A stretch of 64,000 bases of DNA from positions 32,001 through 96,000 of IMG/VR virus record IMGVR_UViG_3300043122_000207. One strand, 5' to 3'. A program made the position numbers and the translations under genes. The notes beneath the pieces are model-generated. The model was not told the origin of the DNA. It did no database searches and was given only the letters and a program-made list of their open reading frames with translations. This DNA is from a virus. This document shows, one piece after another, positions 1 through 8,741 of the stretch. Positions within the stretch are counted from its first letter, which is position 1; each line of letters begins with the position of its first letter.

Positions 1-419
1 TAAAACCTAATCTTAAAGGAAAAACAAGGAAAGAGATTTTATTTGATGGTGTTAAAGAAAAGGCAGAAAAAGAAAGAAAAGAATATGTTGAAGGTACAAA
101 CCTAGATGAACTTAATAAAGAAGGTAAGTTAGCTTATGAGGCTAGCTTACTTGTATTTGATGATTTCATCTTAAAGGTAATGGTCCCAGAAAATATGGAA
201 CTTACTGGCAAAAGATTTGTAACCATTACAGTATCTAAAGATGAGGTTAATGCTTTATTCAATAAGATGTATGATAAGATAAATAAAGCAGCTGTAAGGA
301 ACTTTGTCCATAAGATGCATCATTTATATTTTGAAGAGTTTAATGGTCAAACTAATGTTATTGATGTAGGTACAGGAAGTAAGTTTGAATCAATAACATA
401 TAAACTTGTAATCGAGTAA
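1..419 (+). CDS. Hypothetical protein, 5'-truncated by the window edge
   Basis: The frame of ORF 180..419 is open back to position 3 (KPNLKGKTRKEILFDG...), so the listed ATG at 180 is internal. Confidence 0.8.
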   Translation, partial: KPNLKGKTRKEILFDGVKEKAEKERKEYVEGTNLDELNKEGKLAYEASLLVFDDFILKVMVPENMELTGKRFVTITVSKDEVNALFNKMYDKINKAAVRNFVHKMHHLYFEEFNGQTNVIDVGTGSKFESITYKLVIE

Positions 420-427
420 GTGATGAT

Positions 428-820
428 ATGGATTTAGTTTTTAAATTTATACTGAGTTTTATAATCTTTAGTCAAACTATTAAGAGTATACAAAGTGATA
501 TCAAAAGAAGAAAGATGAGAAAAGAAGCAATTGAAAAGTTTATACTTAAAGCAAATAAAATATTAAAGGGTGATAATATGGATATTAATATAACCACACA
601 GTTAGAGGATTTCGGTCTTAAAGAATTAGATGATGCAGCTAAATTACTTTTAGTTTATAAAAAAGAAATAAGAGAAGATAAACTCACAGATGAATTTAAA
701 AAAGAAGATGTTAAACTTTGTTTCAATAAAAACAATGGTAAAGTTAAGTTGGTTAATGTTTATGGTGATGCATTGGTCAGAGATGATAATAGACTCTTTT
801 TAGAAAGGGTTGTGGATTAA
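428..820 (+). CDS. Hypothetical protein (possible internal start at 578)
   Basis: ORF track; hydrophobic N-terminus; second in-frame RBS AAGGGTG plus ATG at 578. Confidence 0.65.
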   Translation: MDLVFKFILSFIIFSQTIKSIQSDIKRRKMRKEAIEKFILKANKILKGDNMDINITTQLEDFGLKELDDAAKLLLVYKKEIREDKLTDEFKKEDVKLCFNKNNGKVKLVNVYGDALVRDDNRLFLERVVD

Positions 821-975
821 TGAAGTCATTTACCTTTATTAATTATTTAAATAAAGAATTAGATAAACTATCAGATGAAGAAAGATTAAAAGCTTTTAAT
901 GAATATAATAAAGGCTTACGAGGTATTAATCATTTTAAAGATAAAAGAAATACATTCAATAATAAGCAGGATTAA
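820..975 (+). CDS. Small hypothetical protein, 51 aa (not in ORF track)
   Basis: ATG overlaps the upstream TAA; RBS GAAAGGG; MKSFTFINYLNKELDK...NKQD*; ends in a terminator hairpin. Confidence 0.65.
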   Translation: MKSFTFINYLNKELDKLSDEERLKAFNEYNKGLRGINHFKDKRNTFNNKQD

Positions 976-994
976 TCCCCTGCTTTATTTTTTT
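964..994 (+). terminator. Intrinsic terminator
   Basis: AAGCAGG/CCTGCTT stem followed by a T-tract. Confidence 0.8.
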
Positions 995-1002
995 AAATTT
1001 GA

Positions 1003-1028
1003 AACACTTATATAGTTAGATATTATAA
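1003..1028 (+). promoter_or_regulatory. Tandem late (AACA-N6-TAG) and early-like (TTAGATATTATAA) promoters
   Basis: AACA-CTTATA-TAG at 1003-1015, then a one-mismatch early motif, upstream of RBS AGGAGG. Confidence 0.55.
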
Positions 1029-1048
1029 CAGTACAGGAGGATGATAAA

Positions 1049-1525
1049 ATGAATTCAATGAATAAAGAGGAATGTTCTAACCCAACATTGTATGGAAAAT
1101 TAATTGCAGGTGGATACAATATACCTGAAAATGTTGACTCTATAAAAATTGCTCATTTAGATTTTAATGAACCTGAAACATTAGATGATGGCACTGGGGG
1201 GTTTATTATGGATAAAAATAAAATGGCAAATAAACTAAAGAAGATGTTAATGGAATCAGAACTTAAGGGTAATGATAAAAAGACATTGGTTCATACTCAA
1301 GGTTATACCATAACAGAAATTAAAGGGGGGAAAAAAGAAGACTTTAATAAATTAGATATGATAGATATCCTCTCTAATCACTTTAATGTATTAGATGCGA
1401 TAATAAAAGATATGGGTGAGGATAATATAAAGATGACATATCTTAACTGGACTGTTTTAAGTTTAGGTTCTTTTTTACCTGTAAGTGGAAATAAGATAGA
1501 TATTACTATAGAGTTTTTTACTTAA
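1049..1525 (+). CDS. Hypothetical protein
   Basis: ORF with AGGAGG RBS. Confidence 0.8.
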   Translation: MNSMNKEECSNPTLYGKLIAGGYNIPENVDSIKIAHLDFNEPETLDDGTGGFIMDKNKMANKLKKMLMESELKGNDKKTLVHTQGYTITEIKGGKKEDFNKLDMIDILSNHFNVLDAIIKDMGEDNIKMTYLNWTVLSLGSFLPVSGNKIDITIEFFT

Positions 1526-1542
1526 ATAAAGGAGGTGGACTA

Positions 1543-1776
1543 ATGGATGACATGAATATAAAAGAAATACTAGATAGCTTATATAGGGATTTAAATCATG
1601 GGTGGTTTATAAATAAGCGTTTATTTAAAAAAGGTAAGATAGGTTTATCAAAGTATATGGTGTATAACAGCTTAGAGCTTTTAAAGTTTATCTTTATTAT
1701 TTTACTGCTTATTGCAGCTTCTTTGGTATTGCCTTTATATTTGGTATTTAAATTCATTAAAGAAAAGATTGGATAG
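1543..1776 (+). CDS. Small membrane protein
   Basis: RBS AAGGAGG; C-terminal hydrophobic helix FIFIILLLIAASLVLPLYLVF. Confidence 0.8.
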   Translation: MDDMNIKEILDSLYRDLNHGWFINKRLFKKGKIGLSKYMVYNSLELLKFIFIILLLIAASLVLPLYLVFKFIKEKIG

Positions 1777-1785
1777 GAGGATAAG

Positions 1786-2076
1786 ATGGATTATCTAGAA
1801 AAGGTAATAAGAGATAAATTCTTAGAACATTTAAAAGCATTAGAGAAAAATGTAAAAAAATATGAACTCTATGATTACGGTCTATTTGAATTCATGAATA
1901 AAAATGGTTACAGGTTACTTAGAGAAGAAGGATTAGAATGGCTTAAAAAGACAAGTATACTAGTACAAGAAGAGGTCTTAGTTCATAGAGAATTTAAAGC
2001 CTTCATAAATGATTATTATGAAGGTACATTACCAGAGTGGTTTATTAAAAAGTACGGACTTAAAAATAATAACTAG
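1786..2076 (+). CDS. Hypothetical protein
   Basis: ORF with AGGAGG RBS. Confidence 0.8.
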   Translation: MDYLEKVIRDKFLEHLKALEKNVKKYELYDYGLFEFMNKNGYRLLREEGLEWLKKTSILVQEEVLVHREFKAFINDYYEGTLPEWFIKKYGLKNNN

Positions 2077-2087
2077 GAGGAAGTTTA

Positions 2088-2900
2088 ATGCGTGAAAGAG
2101 GTTTTAAGTTCATTTCAAATAGACAAATGGTTGAGGATATAAAAAAGGCAATAGAAGTTAATGATTATTCTATGATGACAGGTGAGCTTAGAGTATTAGA
2201 ATATAAGATAAATGATTTAGAATATAATAAAGGGTTAAGAGATTTAGAATGTTTTACATTCCCTAAAAGGGCCACAATGCATTCAGCAGGTCATGATTTA
2301 TATTTACCAATAGATATTAGATTATCCCCAGGTGAAGTGATCAGTCTACCACTTGGTATTAAAGCATATATGCAAATAGATGAATCAATGGATATTTATC
2401 CAAGAAGTGGTTTAGGTTTTAAATACTTTATTAGACTTGCTAATACAATCGGTCTAATAGATTCTGATTATTATAACAATAGATCAAATGAGGGTAGTAT
2501 CTGGATTAAGATAAGAAATGAAGGCGATAAGGTTCTAGAGCTTAAAAGAGATGAAGCTATAGCTCAGGCTCGCTTTAGTAAGTATTTAATAGCCGATTCA
2601 GAAAGTTTTGATGAGGGTGATTTAAGAGAAGGTGGAATGGGTTCTACATCATCTGGTTTATCTAGTTTTAATAGTATTAAAGAAGACACCTTTGATGATA
2701 AAGAATTTATTAAAACAATGAAAGAAGCTAAAAAGACATTTAATGAAAGTATAAAAGAACATGAAGAGTTTGCTAAAGAATTACAGGATGTTGATTTAGA
2801 TGATGAAAAAGAACTTAAAGAGTTTATTGAAAAACATGATTTAGATAAATCAAAGATAGTAACACTTGATACATTAACTGCTTTAGGTTTTGATGATTAA
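2088..2900 (+). CDS. dut: Trimeric dUTPase with N-terminal insertion and acidic C-terminal extension
   Basis: All five motifs present: SAGHDL, RSG, GLIDSDY, AQ, REGGMGST. Confidence 0.92.
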   Translation: MRERGFKFISNRQMVEDIKKAIEVNDYSMMTGELRVLEYKINDLEYNKGLRDLECFTFPKRATMHSAGHDLYLPIDIRLSPGEVISLPLGIKAYMQIDESMDIYPRSGLGFKYFIRLANTIGLIDSDYYNNRSNEGSIWIKIRNEGDKVLELKRDEAIAQARFSKYLIADSESFDEGDLREGGMGSTSSGLSSFNSIKEDTFDDKEFIKTMKEAKKTFNESIKEHEEFAKELQDVDLDDEKELKEFIEKHDLDKSKIVTLDTLTALGFDD

Positions 2901-2908
2901 AATCATAT

Positions 2909-2941
2909 AACCCGAGGTTAAACCCTCGGGCTTATTTTTTT
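2909..2941. terminator. Terminator between convergent genes
   Basis: CCCGAGG/CCTCGGG stem; T-tract on the + side. Confidence 0.8.
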
Positions 2942-3256
2942 GATTAGATATTTATCTAGATTATATTTTTTTATTAGTTCATCCATTTTCTTCTCATTAT
3001 AGTTTTTAGAGTATTTGGTATGTATTGATTTAATTAAAATAGTTTGATCCATTTGCTGGTGAAACTCTTTATTTACATTGTAATAGGTTTTCAATTTATA
3101 TAACCTTATAACAAACTTAGTCTTTTCATTTAAGTGTAGTGGTCTATATTGGAGCTTATAATTGTGCTGCATAGATACTAAACCCTTTAATCTTTTTATT
3201 AAATCTATATGGGGTTTTATAAGTTTATTTTTTATATTATTAATAAATGTTTTCAT
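2918..3256 (-). CDS. Basic hypothetical protein
   Basis: ORF with GGGGGAGGG RBS. Confidence 0.7.
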   Translation of the reverse strand: MKTFINNIKNKLIKPHIDLIKRLKGLVSMQHNYKLQYRPLHLNEKTKFVIRLYKLKTYYNVNKEFHQQMDQTILIKSIHTKYSKNYNEKKMDELIKKYNLDKYLIKKISPRV

Positions 3257-3267
3257 AAACCCTCCCC

Positions 3268-3579
3268 CTACAATTTTATTGGGTTTTTAATATTTAACCT
3301 AATTGGTGTTTTAATTGCTATCATATCATAATTTATATTGGTGTATGTGACAGACTTATCTATTTTAAATTCACTCATTTTTATTTTCATATAACAGTTT
3401 TTATCTATACCTTTATCTTTTAAATAGTTTTTTAACCCGTTGACCGATAGATGTATTCCTATATGGTCTTTATGTTTATTTGACACTTTTAAATAACCTT
3501 TATTTATATCTTCATCTGATATTGGTAAATAACCATACTTTCCTTTTAGAGTATCTAGAGCTTTTTTAAAACTTTTCAT
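3268..3579 (-). CDS. Hypothetical protein (start MKSFKK at 3579)
   Basis: RBS AAAGGGG before the ATG at 3579; the track's upstream extension runs through the promoter region. Confidence 0.7.
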   Translation of the reverse strand: MKSFKKALDTLKGKYGYLPISDEDINKGYLKVSNKHKDHIGIHLSVNGLKNYLKDKGIDKNCYMKIKMSEFKIDKSVTYTNINYDMIAIKTPIRLNIKNPIKL

Positions 3580-3622
3580 ATAAACCCCCTTTGTTTTTAA
3601 AAAATGACTATAACATTTATAA

Positions 3623-3635
3623 TTATATATTATAA
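3623..3635 (+). promoter_or_regulatory. Early promoter motif TTATATATTATAA
   Basis: Core recurs intergenically at 19904, 21695, 25042, 50813, 53157 and 59886; resembles AR9/phiKZ early promoter cores. Confidence 0.7.
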
Positions 3636-3682
3636 TAGTGTTAGGAAGAATAATCAATACATAATAAAGGAGATGGATAAAA

Positions 3683-4189
3683 ATGAGAAAGATTTATAAT
3701 GTTGTGGTATTTAATATTGTATATTATCTGTTGATATTGGGTAGTTATTTAAGAGGGAATATTGAATATCAAATAAAAGATGGAAGAAAGATTAGAGTTA
3801 TTAAAAATGATTTGATTGTTAGATGGTATGGATTTGGGTATGGTGTTGCAGTATTGGATAGGGGAGATATATTTATGGAGGAAAATTTAAATGATGATAT
3901 AAATGATTTTGTTAAATTTCATGAGATGGGTCATATAATAAATGGTCATTATAAAGATGAAAGGAATTTAAGTGATGAATTGGAAGCTGATAGTTATGCT
4001 ATTGGTGAGTTATTTAAATTAGGATATAATAAAAAAGAGATAGAGAATATAATAAGAGAGATGATGAATAGGAGTATTAGATCATTTATAAATAGTGATC
4101 TAGAAAAAGAAGATAAAGAATATTATATTGATTTATTAGAAAAAGAAAGAAAAGAGAGAATAGAAAATATAAAAAAGCAGAGAAATTAA
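3683..4189 (+). CDS. HExxH zinc metallopeptidase, ImmA/IrrE-like
   Basis: FHEMGH followed by ELEADSYA. Confidence 0.7.
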   Translation: MRKIYNVVVFNIVYYLLILGSYLRGNIEYQIKDGRKIRVIKNDLIVRWYGFGYGVAVLDRGDIFMEENLNDDINDFVKFHEMGHIINGHYKDERNLSDELEADSYAIGELFKLGYNKKEIENIIREMMNRSIRSFINSDLEKEDKEYYIDLLEKERKERIENIKKQRN

Positions 4190-4209
4190 TCTCTGCTTTA
4201 TTTTTTTTT
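4175..4209. terminator. Bidirectional terminator
   Basis: AAGCAGAGA/TCTCTGCTT stem with A- and T-tracts, between convergent genes. Confidence 0.85.
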
Positions 4210-4648
4210 ATATAATAAACTGATTTAAATCATCGATATCATAATATTCTAGAGTCATCTTATGAGTCTTCTTTAAGGATTTCTGAGCAAGCTCTGTATA
4301 TACTTTAGATACTGGCACACCTAAATTAATTGGTTTATCATATTCATTTAATAATTTATAGTATCTTTCACCAGCACATTTATTACATATTTTTTCTGTT
4401 AAACAACCCATAGGATATCTTATCTCAATGTCTTTACCTATATATTTTTTTATATTATCATAATCTAAAAGGGTGAGTTCTTTTCCATCAACCATATAAG
4501 CATCTATATATTCACTTTGGTTATCTTCAGTCACATGGACAGTTCTATACTTTTTAGTACCACAATCAGTACCATGTTTATCAGCATATAAACCCTGTAA
4601 TACTGAACCACCTCTTTTTTTCTGGTATCCACCCATTGCAGTATTCCT
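4208..4648 (-). CDS. rpoC: RNAP beta' subunit (putative virion RNAP), exon 3
   Basis: RNTAMGGY (bridge helix), DCGT...C...ICNKCAG Zn site, LAQKSLKKTH (trigger helix). Confidence 0.85.
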   Translation of the reverse strand, partial: RNTAMGGYQKKRGGSVLQGLYADKHGTDCGTKKYRTVHVTEDNQSEYIDAYMVDGKELTLLDYDNIKKYIGKDIEIRYPMGCLTEKICNKCAGERYYKLLNEYDKPINLGVPVSKVYTELAQKSLKKTHKMTLEYYDIDDLNQFII

Positions 4649-4926
4649 CGTTACCTTCATATAGATTCGTTAAATCTATACAGTTCTTTTATGAACTTCT
4701 CATGTTCACACATGAAGTCGAGACTATATCTTTACCATATGTATTTAAACACTTAGGTATTCCGCTTTTCCAACTTACTTAAGTTGTACTCCCTAGAAGG
4801 GATAGTCGTTGAACTACACCTATCGATATAGCTGCTGATTATCTCACACCCTTTAGGATATGACATTTTCCAGCAATTAACGGAATCATAATATATATTC
4901 TTTCGAATATACACGCCTAGAAATTA
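4649..4926 (-). mobile_element. ORF-less group I intron (278 nt) in the beta' bridge helix
   Basis: On the minus strand: P AATTGCTGGAAA (4866-4878), Q AATCAGCAGC (4831-4840), R GTTCAACGACTA (4803-4814), S AAGATATAGTCT (4721-4732). P1 GCU|UA/UAGGC; P10 AUUUCU pairs with exon AGGAAU; ends in G. Splicing restores GYFRA|RNTAMGGY. Confidence 0.9.
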
Positions 4927-5856
4927 AGCCCGAAAGTACCCACCTAATATCATAGAAGAGGATACTTTATGAATATCTGATTTCTTTAAACCATCCACAT
5001 AGTTAGATGTTGTTACATGGAATTTAGTTGAGTTTAAATTAGCAGGTATAGCACCAACCATAAGTGAACTCTTTTTAAATGAGTTACCTAATGAAGGACC
5101 TGCACCAGATAGATAGTGCTGCATTTGTGGATTATCTTTATAAACTTCTTTTACTTTTTCAATTAGTTTTTCTTCTATCTCACTTACTATTTCTGTATCA
5201 CCATTTTCGATAGCCTCTTTATTATCTTTAATTAGTTTATCTCTTAACTTTTTAATAGATGGATCTACATTCATCATATCGACACTTAAAGAAGGATTAA
5301 CAAAAGAAGACATCCTAAGTGAAAAATCCTCAAATCTATTAAGGAGCGATTTGTATTCTTTCATATCTAATTCTTTATTTAATACTTTAGCACCTATATA
5401 GTTTAGATGGTATTGGATTTTCTTTTCAGTAAAGGTATCGTTTTGATAGTCATAACCTACTGGATCAAATATTATTTTATTGATAAGTAGTTTACCCAAA
5501 GTAGTCTCTGTCTTTTTATTGATACCTTTATAATCACCTTTTTTTAAAATAACTTTATCATTTAATTCATATATCTTATCACGGTTTGGGAACTTACCTA
5601 AACCTAAATCACGCAATATATATTTGACTGTGAAGTCTTCTTTTTTAGCATTTAGTATTTCTGAGACTTTATCTCTTTTAACTATCTTATTATCTTTAGT
5701 AGGTGGCAAAGACATAGAATATAAACATTGAGCTGATTCAAGATCAATACCTTTATTATTAGTTCCTTTATTATCGAATACATAAAGTGGATCATCTATC
5801 TTTTCTGCACATTCTAAATTAGCCTCTTCGGAGAATACACCGCGATTACCAGTTTT
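4927..5856 (-). CDS. rpoC: RNAP beta' subunit (putative virion RNAP), exon 2
   Basis: Frame is open 47 codons upstream of the track ATG (KTGNRGVFSEEAN...), ending GGYFRA. Confidence 0.85.
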
Positions 5857-6534
5857 CTTAATTTGGACTATATCTTTAACATATGGTTTAAAACCACTTA
5901 GTTACCTTGTGCTTCCATTTATACCTTTCCTTGTATAAACGTACATTACTCGGTTATACTTAAATTAAGTATCCTTTCATTAGTCTCTGAACATATTGAT
6001 TAATTAAATCCTCTTCCTTTTTTAGATGGGTTTTTATCTTTAGCCTTTTTTTTTCACCTGAGATTGGATATGTGGTTATTTAATAACACACCGTCTAGAT
6101 GGTCTATTTCTTTCTTTTTTTTCTTGTTGTTGGGGATGAATGTTTTAGCAACAAGCATATCAACCTGGAAGTCTCTTTTTGAACCACCATCACAATTTAG
6201 TTCAACATATAATTTACCATCTTCTTTTAAAGTAGTTGGTAGAAACCCCTGTTCTAATATACCGTAAACATCCCCTCTTTCTGAGAGATAATAATCTTTT
6301 CTTTTAATATCTAAAAAATCAATAAACTCCCACTTTAAACCTTTTTTATCAAACATAGTTTATCACATCCTTTAAATATTTGTTCCCATCTATTTAAATT
6401 CAATATGCACAGGATTACCCAATAGGGTTTCCCTGTTAGCCTTATAATTAATAAGACACCGCTGGTTAGGCGTTCTCAAGGTATTCTCCTTTTAAGGAGC
6501 CAACCATATTTCTATGGTAGGGAGACAAAACTTT
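5857..6534 (-). mobile_element. Group I intron (678 nt) directly after the catalytic DYDGD, with HNH ORF
   Basis: P1 GGAGAU|.../GUCUCC; P10 AGUUUU pairs with exon AAAACU; P 6428-6437, Q 6407-6416, R 5981-5992, S 5865-5876; terminal G at 5857. Spliced DGD|KTGNRGVFSEEA matches the spacing of bacterial DGDQMAVHVPLTLEA. Confidence 0.85.
6000..6356 (-). pseudogene. NUMOD4/HNH homing endonuclease with TGA at the conserved Trp
   Basis: IDHLDGVLLNNHISNLR*, with TGA at 6054-6056 where NLRW is expected; the frame stays open for 17 more codons. Own RBS and AACA-N6-TA at 6373-6384. Confidence 0.75.
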
Positions 6535-7944
6535 ATCTCCATCGTAATCACCATTCATTCCCCAAAGATGTAAATTAGAAAAATTCATAGTTTCAGCAAA
6601 CATAGAAGAAACCTTAGATTCAAATTCATCCACATTATTTTGTAATTCAGGGTCATTTAGTATATCATCTATAACAGGATAGTATTTAAAGTCCATACCA
6701 TCCATTCTAACTTCTCTGGTTTCTATAGTAGATAAAACATGTAATTTATTTGGTACGGTATTGAATTGATCCATTACAGGATAACGGGTTGTGATATCAT
6801 GTTTTTGGTCTAGCTCTACTCCAAAGTAAGTTGCTATATAAATTAAGTCTGTAAGAGTAAGTGGTCTATTAAAGCTCTCCCACTCCCCATCTATTTTTTG
6901 TTCACCTTTTATTTTGATTGGGTTATCTTTGCCAGGTACATTAATAAAGTTAAATCTCTCACCCCAACTATCCACATATGTATCTATTAAATCCTGTAGT
7001 TCCTGTCTTGAAAACTCTTCTTCAAATTCTTCTTCACTACAATCTAGTTCACCATTATCAAACTTCTGTCTTAAATACTTTTTCATATTATTTATTACAA
7101 AAGGAGAAAACATATCAGCTAAAGCACCAAGTGGTAGACCTGCTGTATCTAGATTAACTGGCCCTTCACCAAAGTTTTCACTATCAAAATGTGGTGCAGA
7201 TAATACAAGGCGTGATGTGTAATCAACATTACGACTCATTACCTTACGCCGCATAACGCCATCTTTACCAAATACTTTATTCATTAAAAAATCAAGTAAC
7301 TCAACCAATAAAAGTTGTACCCTAAATCTTACACCGTGTTTATCAAATAAGGGGTTATCTTTACCGTCTTTAATAATTGAAGTTAAAGTAAGTAACTTTT
7401 TATACTTCTCATTTAATATATCAAGTGAGATGTGACCTGAATCTTTAGTATTAATATCACGGAAAGCAAGAGGTAGTATTAAGAACTTATCTATAAAGAT
7501 TTCATTTCTTCCCTTGGTTTTAACCACCTTTTTTAAATCCTTTAATATTAAAGAATCATCTTCTTTTACCTTTAGGTTTTTTAAGTTTATCTTATTATAG
7601 TTTTCATAGAAAAACTCTATACCTGTCCCACCATTTTCATCTTCTATTAAAGAACCTGATTTAGATATCTTGTAGTTTTTACGACCAGCTAGAAGATCAT
7701 CTATTTTTCTCATTGACCTTTTAAAGATTCTTGAATAAATTAAAGGGTGTAAATACTTACCGTCCAATTTAACATAACCCATCTTCTTTCTTTTTTCTCT
7801 CATTGATGAACCAAATATATCATCGCTCATTAATCCCTTTTTATTAGGTGTTTGTGAACTACCCTCAAATAAGAAGGGTTCTGTAACTTCTTTAGATTTG
7901 TGGTTTCTTATATAGTTATTAAAATCTGTTAACTTCTCTTTCAT
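6535..7944 (-). CDS. rpoC: RNAP beta' subunit (putative virion RNAP), exon 1; spliced product 926 aa
   Basis: GLMSDDIFG, GKDGVMRRKVMSRNVDYTSRLV, TRYP, NGDYDGD catalytic motif. Confidence 0.92.
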
Positions 7945-7950
7945 TTAACT

Positions 7951-8670
7951 TTACCTCCCTTTATAATAGTTCTGGAGTTCTAATATATCCCTGCCGAATT
8001 TCTTTTCAGGATTTGTTTCACTCATTTTCTTTAATTTATTTTTATCTATATTATAACTTAAAACTTCTGCTTTAGCTGAATCTACATCTATTTCATATTC
8101 ATCTAAAATATCTCTTACATTCTTTGGTATAGATTTATCTTTATTTTTATCCTGTTTCATATTTTGGAATCTCTGTTCTTCAGAGCGTTTTCTAATATCT
8201 AAGGCATCCTCAATAAGTTTTGTGTAGGTTTGTTTAGAAAAAATTCTAATAAAGTATTTAATCCTTTCGATATCTAGATACTTAGTTAAATGTCTTAAAT
8301 GATCATCACTTGTCATATCTAAAATAAGCTCTGCAATATTATCGATATTTTCCTGGTGTTCTTTTTCTGTGGGCGGAATCCTTATTGCGTTATCATCTAC
8401 TTTGTCTTCATGATAATTTAAAACATTATCTTCTACATATTCATTTGCTATAATACCAACCATAAAAAGTAGTGGTTCTAAATCCTCTTCTAAATTAAAC
8501 TTATTATAGTTTCTGTGTTTAAAAGTGCTCCTATCAAAATATTTTTCTTCATCTGATTTTTCCCTATTTAAATCTTTAATAAAATCAAAGGTGTTTTTTA
8601 CTATAGAACTTAAAGCAAGAAGTGATGCAATCAATACAACTGTCAATTCTAAATTTAAAAATTCTTTCAT
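7951..8670 (-). CDS. Hypothetical protein with N-terminal hydrophobic helix
   Basis: RBS AAGGGGG before the ATG at 8670; likely co-transcribed with beta'. Confidence 0.75.
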   Translation of the reverse strand: MKEFLNLELTVVLIASLLALSSIVKNTFDFIKDLNREKSDEEKYFDRSTFKHRNYNKFNLEEDLEPLLFMVGIIANEYVEDNVLNYHEDKVDDNAIRIPPTEKEHQENIDNIAELILDMTSDDHLRHLTKYLDIERIKYFIRIFSKQTYTKLIEDALDIRKRSEEQRFQNMKQDKNKDKSIPKNVRDILDEYEIDVDSAKAEVLSYNIDKNKLKKMSETNPEKKFGRDILELQNYYKGR

Positions 8671-8698
8671 TAATATACCCCCTTTTATAGATATCATT

Positions 8699-8714
8699 CT
8701 AACAAATTTGTTAG
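8699..8714. promoter_or_regulatory. Perfect 16-bp palindrome acting as a putative bidirectional late promoter
   Basis: CTAACAAATTTGTTAG reads AACA-N7-TAG on both strands, between divergent operons. Confidence 0.6.
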
Positions 8715-8741
8715 GTATAAGAAAGGAGGTATATTGAAAAT

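Noticed and set aside
2088-2900. dCTP deaminase instead of dUTPase
   Set aside because: It has the dUTPase motif III (GLIDSDY) and the motif V P-loop-like tail.
4887-4900. Early-promoter-like ATATATTAT inside the ORF-less intron
   Set aside because: It forms part of a P2-like hairpin, lacks the leading TT and has no downstream RBS or ORF.
6466-6534. ORF-track tails KVLSPYHRN... (beta') and KKCVLPYWKQCG (49746-49784, polymerase)
   Set aside because: They are read-through into intron sequence past the predicted 5' splice sites.
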